Shown here: positions 57,295-64,000 of the stretch, piece by piece | How positions within the stretch are numbered: position 1 is the stretch's first letter | Layout of the letters: the number at the start of each line of letters is the position of its first letter | Source: an uncultured Chloroflexia bacterium | GTDB lineage: Bacteria; Chloroflexota; Anaerolineae; Anaerolineales; UBA4823 | Reading direction: 5' to 3' | DNA length: 64,000 nt | NCBI GenBank assembly: GCA_963827155.1 | Contig: CAWGZV010000003.1 | Span: forward strand, 660,984-724,983 | Notes under the pieces: model-generated | Databases searched by the model: none | Told to the model about the DNA's origin: nothing | The model's input: only the letters and a program-made list of their open reading frames with translations | Program-made: the position numbers and the translations under genes

Positions 57295-58144
57295 ATGATT
57301 GTAAATAAATTTAATACTAAAAGAACACTCTTTTTATCGGTTATCGGAATGTCAATGATATTAATTACATCCTGCGCTGGTCAGGTAGAGCAAACGAATG
57401 CAGCTCAATCAGCACCAATTGTCAACAGCCTGGCATCGAATCGTCCCTCAGCTGGTGTCCCCAAACAGGCGGTACCCGAGTTCTAATGTAGAAGCGAATT
57501 TGCCGATCGAGCCAGTGATCTCGGAATTGGTGAGCGCCAAAAGCGATACTACTACTCAGCTTCAATCCAATCCACTTCCTTCAATACCGCCATTGCCCGC
57601 CAATGATGCAGACCAACTCAAAATCTTACCCGAAGCTGAAGTTGCTTCACAACCTGATGCTGAACAGATCCAGCCACAAGCCGATGTGGATCTGTCCATC
57701 GCGGTTGAACCTAAGGTCGGTTTTCGAGCTCCGGATTTCAGCCTCAACTCTTTAGATGGTCAATCTCTTCAGCTCGCTCAACTTCTAGGAAAACCTATGG
57801 TGATCAATTACTGGGCGACCTGGTGTATTCCATGTAAAAAAGAGCTTCCGATCCTTGAAAAACTCAGCCAGGAATACTCGCAAAAGGGTGTGGTTTTTGT
57901 GTCTGTAAATGCGATAGATCAAGATAACCTGGATAACGTAAAGTCGGTCGTTAATGAGTTGAGCATGACTTTTCCAGTCTTATTAGACGAGAACCGAAAA
58001 TTTGCCGATACCTACCGGGCGATCTTCTTTCCGACGACATTTATTATCGATGCGAGTGGGGTTATCCGTCAGGTCAGTCTCGGTGATAACACAGAGGAAG
58101 AGCTGCGTCTAAGCCTGGATCAACTCATATCAGACAGTCTTTAA
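57295..58144 (+). CDS. TlpA/ResA-like thiol-disulfide oxidoreductase lipoprotein (one frameshift between 57398 and 57486)
   Basis: The ATG at 57295 gives MIVNKFNTKRTLFLSVIGMSMILITSC (lipobox). The thioredoxin fold carries WATWCIPCKKELP. Track ORFs 57250-57486 and 57398-58144 are in different frames. Confidence 0.75.
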
Positions 58145-58169
58145 CTTGAATTCTTAAGGTACTTTATTC

Positions 58170-58577
58170 GTGGTTTTTCCAATGAACGAATCGAATCGCA
58201 TCCTGGTTTTTGCCAGACCTGGTCACTTCCGTGAAAGCCTGGTTGCTGTTTTAATGACGCTTCCGCAATCGGAATTGTTCCTGCTGAACAGCCTTAAACG
58301 GGATGAAACAGAGGTGCTTTCCCCTGGTTTGGATACCCTTGTCCTCGCTGATCCGGATGGTTTGACCCGGGAAAATGCAGCCAGTCTTCAATCTATCAAA
58401 GATCGATATCCAGGTATTCGTTGTGTTGCGCTGGTGGATAATGTTCAGCAATCAAGAGCAGCCAGAGACTTGAGCGTGGACACAGTTCTTCCTAGGGGGG
58501 CGTCTGCTGGTGAGCTGCTTGCCACGATAAAGCGACCGCTTTCAAGAGCAAGCTATCGTGCTACTGCAGCGACCTGA
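58170..58577 (+). CDS. stand-alone degenerate receiver-like domain protein
   Basis: The 135-aa protein has a receiver-like beta/alpha periodicity (RILVFARPG.., DTLVLADPDGL, RCVALVDN, VDTVLPRGASAGELLATI) but lacks the acidic pocket. The assignment is weak. Confidence 0.3.
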   Translation: MVFPMNESNRILVFARPGHFRESLVAVLMTLPQSELFLLNSLKRDETEVLSPGLDTLVLADPDGLTRENAASLQSIKDRYPGIRCVALVDNVQQSRAARDLSVDTVLPRGASAGELLATIKRPLSRASYRATAAT

Positions 58578-58633
58578 TCGAATAGTTGTCCCCCAAATCC
58601 TGAAGTGACAGTTTGAATTAACGACATTAAACT

Positions 58634-58672
58634 TAATAAAAACGACTCACATCGAACAGGTGTGAGTCGTTC
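58634..58672 (-). terminator. intrinsic terminator after gcvT
   Basis: The minus-strand RNA reads AACGACUCACA-ccuguucga-UGUGAGUCGUU followed by UUUUAUU. Confidence 0.7.
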
Positions 58673-58700
58673 CTAAAAATAAAGGCAGATTCAGCCTGGA

Positions 58701-59830
58701 TTATCGACGATAGGCTGGGAGGTAGAACGGACGCTTCACAATCTTCGCCTTCAAGGATTTATTTCGGATTACGATATCGATTTCTGCATCGACGGCTGAA
58801 AATTCGGATTGCAGTAGCGCCATCCCTAAATAACGTTCAGTTGTTGGCGAGAACATCCCTGATGTAACATGGCCAATTTGTTTTCCATCTACCTGAACCG
58901 GGTAGTGCTCACGCGCAACTCCTCGCTCTACCATCTCAAAACCAACGAGAACTCTGGGAGGACCTTCCAGCTTTTGCTTTAGGAGTGGATCCCTACCTAT
59001 GAATTGTTTATCCAGACTGAGCGCAAATCCCAGACGTGCTTCAATTGGAGTGATCTCTGAGCTGATTTCATGTCCATAGAGCGGCATGCATGCTTCGAAG
59101 CGCAGGCTGTCGCGCGCTGCAAGTCCGATCGGCTTTACCCCCTCAGGTTCGCCTGCTTTCAGAATCCCCAGCCACACTTTTAAGGCGGATTTGCCGGCAC
59201 GAACAGCTCAAAACCATCTTCGCCAGTGTAGCCAGTGCGCCCAAGTAGAGCGGGCACATCACCGAGCAGATTGACCTGGATTGCGGAGAACCGTTTTGAC
59301 TTTTGCAGGTCAACATCTGCAATCCGGTTCAGGATCTCAATCGCGCCCGGACCTTGAAAAGCCATCATGTAAGTTTCTTCCGAGATATCCTTGACACTTA
59401 CATCGAATTTGCCTGTATGCGCATTGAGCCAGGCAACATCTTTCTCTCGGTTGGAAGCATTGACAGCCAAGAAGAAATGAAATCCATAATCTGGATCGGG
59501 CATCTTATAGACAAATAAATCATCCACACAGGTCCCATCTTTATAACAAAAAATCGCGTAGTGCGCATCAAGCATCGCCATTTTTGTCACATCGTAAGAG
59601 ACCATTTTGTTTACAAATATTTCTGCCTCTGGACCGCGAACCAGCACCTGACCCATGTGGTCGATATCGAACAGTCCAGCTACCTGGCGAGTGGAATGGT
59701 GCTCTTGGATCGGTCCAGTTGGGTATTGAACTGGCATCTCCCAACCAGCAAATGGCACAATTCTGCCACCATGATCCACGTGCCATTGGTATAAATTGGT
59801 TTGTTTAAGTGCCATAGGATTCTCCTTCAA
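58701..59830 (-). CDS. gcvT: glycine cleavage system T protein (aminomethyltransferase), one frameshift at 59190-59192
   Basis: It has FAGWEMPVQY, GRTGYTGEDGFELFVPA and GLAARDSLRFEACMPLYGHE. Track ORFs 59180-59830 and 58701-59177 join if GCAAATCC is read as GCAAAATCC. Confidence 0.9.
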
Positions 59831-60269
59831 ATTTCCCTTGAGCTTAATGAGTATTTCAAACTTGTTGGATTATCAACACACAGCGATATTCGGGTTATTG
59901 GAAATGCCAACTTATATTTGACTCTGGTCGGCTGAGTTTCTATTAAAGGTTGCAGTTTATCGACCCCTTGAACAAATGATCAGCGAAACTGCATTGGGAC
60001 TGCGACCATCCTGATGACCAATGCCAAATCTCCAATAAGGATATCAGGTCACTCGATTTTCTTGAAAAAAAGGTGTAACAATTGATATCTCTATGACTGA
60101 GTATACAAATATCTGCACTAAAAATGCAATAGACGAAAGGCACAGGTATTGATGGATATACGTAATCACACTGTCAAGTATGGATGATTGGAAAATGAGA
60201 TGGATTATCTCTGATCGGTACAGGTATAATTTCATTTCCGAGTTTGATCCCCGAGATAAGGCAGGACCT

Positions 60270-60881
60270 ATGCAGCCACCTGATGAAGATTCACTAACCA
60301 TGGATGTGGGTGTCCGATTAAAGCAGCTACGTTCAGAGAGGGGAAAATCTCTTCGGGCTTTAGCCCGTTCGAGTGGTCTGTCTACAAATGGATTGAGCAT
60401 GATTGAGAGAGGTCGTACTTCTCCATCAGTCAGCACCTTATATAAACTGGCAGATGCGTTAAGCGTCCCTATTACTGCTTTTTTCCGAAATGAACCAGAT
60501 CGACAGGATATCGTTTTTAGGAAATCGAAAGAACGAAGGAGCGTCGCAATCCCTAAAGGGGTGTGGGAAGGATTGGGCGGCGAGTCATTTACTGGTAGAG
60601 TTGAAGCATTCATGATCACTCTGGAAAAAGATGCTAACAGCGGTATGGATGGGATGATCCACACCGGGGCTGAACTGGTGCTGTGCCTCGAAGGAGAATT
60701 GATTTATTATGTTGAGGAACATAAATTTCTACTGGAGGCAGGCGACAGTTTAATCTTCGCCGCACAGCTCAAGCATCATTGGACGAATGCAGGTGAAAGC
60801 ACCGCAAAAGCAGTTATTATTATATCGGGTTTTGAAACAGGAGAACGGCCGTCAGAATTTCATGCAGCCAACAGACAATAA
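60270..60881 (+). CDS. XRE-family HTH transcriptional regulator with C-terminal cupin domain
   Basis: It has VGVRLKQLRSERGKSLRALARSSGLSTNGLSMIERGRTSPSVSTLYKLADAL and then a cupin fold (HTGAELVLCLEGEL..GDSLIFAAQLKHHWTN). The start is ATG 60270 or ATG 60300; the track start at 60180 is unlikely. Confidence 0.8.
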   Translation: MQPPDEDSLTMDVGVRLKQLRSERGKSLRALARSSGLSTNGLSMIERGRTSPSVSTLYKLADALSVPITAFFRNEPDRQDIVFRKSKERRSVAIPKGVWEGLGGESFTGRVEAFMITLEKDANSGMDGMIHTGAELVLCLEGELIYYVEEHKFLLEAGDSLIFAAQLKHHWTNAGESTAKAVIIISGFETGERPSEFHAANRQ

Positions 60882-60955
60882 GGCACAACTAAAGGTATTC
60901 GTAATACCTGTTAAAAAGGAGGTTTCACAAGAGTAGAGCATACCTCCCTACTATT

Positions 60956-60984
60956 TTCGCAAAAGCTGGTACTAGTGCTATAAT
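60956..60984 (+). promoter_or_regulatory. promoter of the aspS leader (extended -10)
   Basis: TTCGCA (60956-60961), a 17-nt spacer ending in TGc, and TATAAT (60979-60984). Confidence 0.55.
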
Positions 60985-61175
60985 CCGTTCTCACAATCCC
61001 GGTCCACTTAAGGATTTGTTGGATGATCGAATTGTTTTTTATATTAGGTTGCGAGATGCGTCTCGGCATTAGGAGAGAACCAGCTGGTCCAAATTCCTGA
61101 GACAGGAATAATCCTTCGACCCTCGGGGCGTTTGAGATCAGGTGTCAAGGTTATAGATATTGGCATTTTAATCCT

Positions 61176-61210
61176 ATCGCCCCACGCTCCATACGTAGGG
61201 CGATTTTTTT
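61176..61210 (+). terminator. leader terminator/attenuator immediately upstream of aspS
   Basis: ATCGCCC (61176-61182), a 15-nt loop and GGGCGAT (61198-61204) are followed by a T run through 61210. The RBS AGGAGG and the ATG at 61233 lie 11-23 nt downstream. Confidence 0.6.
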
Positions 61211-61232
61211 ATGGATAAACAGGAGGACATTT

Positions 61233-63027
61233 ATGGATAAGACACACACCTGTGGCGAGTTGCGCTCGTCGCATGCGGGACAGGAGGTCCAGCTTGCCGG
61301 GTGGGTTCATCGGCGCAGAGACCACGGAGGCTTGACGTTTGTTGATTTGAGAGACCGATTTGGATTGGTTCAAATCGTCGCTGATCCTATTCGATCACCT
61401 GAGGCGCATAAGAAACTCGAGGAAGTTCGAAATGAATGGGTGATCAAGGTGACCGGAAGCGTTCGACGGCGTCCTTCTGGGGCAGAGAATCCAAACATGC
61501 CAACAGGCGAAATCGAAGTAGAGGTGAGTGAAGTAGAAATACTGAATCCTGCGAAAACCCCGCCGTTCGCGATTAATAAGGATGAGGAAGTCGACGAGAA
61601 CACTCGCCTGCGTTACCGTTATTTGGATCTTCGGCGCGAGCGAATGGCGCGAAATCTGATTCTCCGGCATCGGGTTGTGAAATTCATCCGTGACTTCTTG
61701 AATGCCAATGGTTTTATCGAGGTGGAAACACCGATCTTATTTAAGACCACTCCAGAGGGTGCTCGCGATTATCTGGTGCCTTCCCGTGTACACGCAGGTG
61801 AATTCTATGCTCTTCCGCAGTCGCCTCAACAGCTAAAACAATTGCTAATGGTGGCAGGTGTTGAGCGGTACTTCCAAATTGCCAGGTGTTTCCGTGATGA
61901 AGACCAGCGCGGCGACCGGCAGCCTGAATTTACCCAGCTCGATCTGGAGATGTCATTCGTCAGGCGAGACGATATTATGCGCATAGCTGAGGATTTATTC
62001 ACCAGACTGGTAGCAGAGGTCACACCGCATAAAAAGCTGCTCATGAGTCCCTGGCCTCGTCTCACATATCGAGAGGCGATGGAGCGATTTGGAAAAGACA
62101 ATCCGGATCTGCGTTACGGTCTCGAGCTGAAGGACGTCAGCGATCTTGTGGTAAGCAGCGGTTTTAAGGTGTTCGAAACCACGATTTCCCAGGGTGGAGA
62201 TGTGCGTGGGATAAACGCGAAAGGCTGCGCAGAGTACACTCGCAAACAGATCGACGAACTCACAGACTTTGTGAAAACTTTTGGTGCAAAAGGATTAGCT
62301 TATATCGCTATTCCGCTCGAAGGTGAGATGCGTTCGACTTTTGCAAAATTCCTGCCACCTCCGCTTCTTGAAAAGCTGATGGACCGGATGGAAGCTCAAC
62401 CTGGCGATCTCTTGCTTTTTGTTGCAGACCAACCAGCGATTGTATTTAAGTCGTTGGCGCGTTTGAGAGTGCTCTTTGCGGAACGGATGAACCTTGCCGA
62501 CCCAAATTTGCTTGCATTTTGTTGGGTGATAGATTTTCCCTTTGTAAATTGGAATGCAGATGAGCACCGTTGGGATCCAAGTCATCATCTCTTTACTTCG
62601 CCGATGCCCGAGGATATCCCTTTGCTTGAGACCGAACCCGGAAAAGCGCGTGGGCAGCAGTATGACCTGGTATTAAATAATTATGAGGTCGGAGGCGGGT
62701 CGATTCGAATCCACAACCGCCAGCTCCAGGAGCGGGTCTTTTCCTTGATTGGATTAGATCCAGCAGTGGCTCAAGAACGCTTCGGGCATATGTTGGAAGC
62801 CTTCGAGTATGGAACTCCTCCGCACGGTGGGATCGCCCCAGGGATCGATCGAAATCTGCATGATCCTTGCTGATGAACCCAATATCCGGGAAGTAATCGC
62901 TTTTCCAAAGAATCAGGCAGCTCGCGATGTTATGGCGGACGCGCCATCGCCTGTGGAGCCAAAACAGCTTTCGGAACTGCACCTGATCGTTGATTTGCCG
63001 CCGGAAAAACCCGTTATGCTTCCATAA
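61233..63027 (+). CDS. aspS: aspartate--tRNA ligase (one frameshift at 62852-62854)
   Basis: It has class II motifs ([18 protein letters not shown]; GGGSIRIH). The C-terminus continues in ORF 62809-63027 as GIAPGIDR|[25 protein letters not shown] once one A of CGAAATC is removed. Confidence 0.93.
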
Positions 63028-63308
63028 ATTTGGAAATATTGGGTCGAATTGTCTGGACGACTTTTCTAATCCAAAATCATCTACTCACGAAGATTCTTTT
63101 ATGGTATAAAATATTTGCCCTACCGTGCACGTGATGCCGCATTACCGGTTTTGAGCCAACAATTTTAGATGGGGTCTCAATCTTCAAAGAGTGACGCGAT
63201 AGGCACTAGCCAAGGCGAAGTTCTTGAGGCGAGGCCCAACCTGCGAAGGCAGGTTCAAAACTCAGCAGCACACGACATGGTGGGGTTTCTCGAGCCTGGA
63301 TACAGGTG

Positions 63309-63346
63309 AGAAAAATGGTGCCTCTTACATCCGTAGGAGGCACCAT
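63309..63346 (-). terminator. intrinsic terminator after the YbbN-like gene
   Basis: The minus-strand RNA reads AUGGUGCCUCCUAC-ggau-GUAAGAGGCACCAU followed by UUUUUCUC. Confidence 0.65.
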
Positions 63347-63410
63347 CATTTAAACAGGGGTATTGTTCAAAGACTGGTGTTTCTAATAATGCTCAACCAA
63401 GTCAGATCAT

Positions 63411-64000
63411 CTAGAAAAGCACAGATGCCAGCTCTCGCCGGTACATTTGGGCAGTATCATTCTGATCTCCGAGAAGTTCCAGCAGGGAGAGCATGACATA
63501 GCGGGCTACATCGTTTCGATAGTGCTTGTCCTCCCTTAAGATATCAAGCAAACCATCCATAGCTGCTTCATGGTTCCCGCGTTCAACCAATCTCAGAGCC
63601 CGATTGAAGGCTGGATCGAGTGGTTTATCATCTTCTGGTAGGCTTCCCGCTCTTAATTGACGCAAGGATTGGACAAGCGGCAGAAGCGTTTGAGCGCTTG
63701 TGTATTCTCGACTAGCAGGGAAGTTTGTCAGGACCGCGAAACTCTCATCGATCTCGCCTTGCAGCAAAAGGCTTTTTGCCAATCCGAGAGAGGCTGAATG
63801 GCTGCCTGCTGAAAGCGAAAGCGCTTCTCGGAATGCTTTTTCAGCTTTCACCGGTTGCTTCAGCGCTAAAAGGCTCATGCCTCTTTCGAGTGCAAGATCT
63901 CCCTGACTTGGAGCGATCGATTTCAGGAATTCTCGCAATCGAGGCTCGGGTTGAACACCCGCAAATTCCGCTATCATCGCCCCATTTCTGAATGCTTTCA
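63411..64000 (-). CDS. thioredoxin-domain/TPR co-chaperone (YbbN/CnoX-like); N-terminus lies beyond the window end
   Basis: The reading frame stays open to position 64000 (..KAFRNGAMIAEFAGVQPEPRLREFL, the end of a thioredoxin fold). TPR-like helices then run to ...DTAQMYRRELASVLF*. Confidence 0.7.
   Translation of the reverse strand, partial: KAFRNGAMIAEFAGVQPEPRLREFLKSIAPSQGDLALERGMSLLALKQPVKAEKAFREALSLSAGSHSASLGLAKSLLLQGEIDESFAVLTNFPASREYTSAQTLLPLVQSLRQLRAGSLPEDDKPLDPAFNRALRLVERGNHEAAMDGLLDILREDKHYRNDVARYVMLSLLELLGDQNDTAQMYRRELASVLF

Noticed and set aside
59831-60040. Possible second glycine riboswitch upstream of gcvT
   Set aside because: Reading the minus strand, I found no GGAGAG...CACCGAAGGGGCAA...CUCAGG core.
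60044-60664. 206-aa minus-strand ORF overlapping the XRE-cupin regulator
   Set aside because: The plus-strand frame has clear HTH_XRE and cupin motifs. The antisense frame has no recognisable motif and would leave no room for the gcvT promoter region.
63100-63310. Possible SRP (4.5S) RNA, because of the AGCCAAGGC and GACGCG strings
   Set aside because: The order of the elements differs from helix 8 of SRP RNA. The conserved GGAAGCAGC with its GNRA tetraloop arrangement is absent on both strands.

Overview
This is a 64-kb bacterial chromosomal segment. I saw no rRNA, tRNA, transposase, integrase or CRISPR array. Lipoprotein-tethered solute-binding proteins with Thr/Pro/Ala linkers and DnaD/DnaC-type replication genes suggest a monoderm, Chloroflexota-like organism, but that is only a guess.

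Content in order:
1. 1-6.7 kb: a sugar-utilisation locus. It holds a D-lyxose/mannose-type isomerase, a CUT2-type ABC transporter whose binding protein is an in-frame tandem duplication, and a divergent mosaic DeoR/PBP regulator carrying one in-frame stop.
2. 6.7-9.5 kb: mobB, an isochorismatase-like hydrolase and an FTR1 iron permease.
3. 9.6-13.7 kb: a replication module of DnaD-like protein, a covalently duplicated DnaC-like loader, DnaB and a DUF151 nuclease.
4. 13.9-41.4 kb: a split cell-envelope glycan region. It includes a sugar kinase/UDP-sugar pyrophosphorylase fusion, TagA-like GT26, an orphan DNA methyltransferase, a priming phosphoglycosyltransferase, a LuxR-TM-Kelch regulator, a sulfotransferase, a secreted repeat protein, methyltransferases, a deacetylase, a pyruvyl transferase, three GT4 genes and a GtrB-like GT2 plus giant GT-C pair. 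argS, rpsT and a COG2403 gene interrupt it.
5. 41.4-49.1 kb: envelope peptidases (a ~1066-aa M23 multidomain protein and an M14 carboxypeptidase), a Pro/Thr-rich anchored protein and a TGS-uridine-kinase-like protein.
6. 49.3-52.9 kb: gcvPB-gcvPA-gcvH behind a tandem glycine riboswitch, with gcvT located separately at 58.7-59.8 kb.
7. 53-64 kb: small membrane proteins, a PIG-L deacetylase, rpiA, rpe, a TlpA-like thiol-disulfide oxidoreductase, an XRE-cupin regulator, aspS with a structured leader, and a partial YbbN-like thioredoxin/TPR gene.

Main caveat: at least 14 genes, including essential aspS and gcvT, are broken by single-nucleotide indels, mostly in homopolymer runs. I read most of these as assembly or sequencing errors rather than true pseudogenes. 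They are densest in the AT-rich glycan island.

I found no clear-cut unknown multi-gene system. The best candidates for follow-up are the tandem DnaC loader, the duplicated binding protein, the secreted repeat protein together with the TagA/pyruvyl-transferase glycan island, and the aspS leader.
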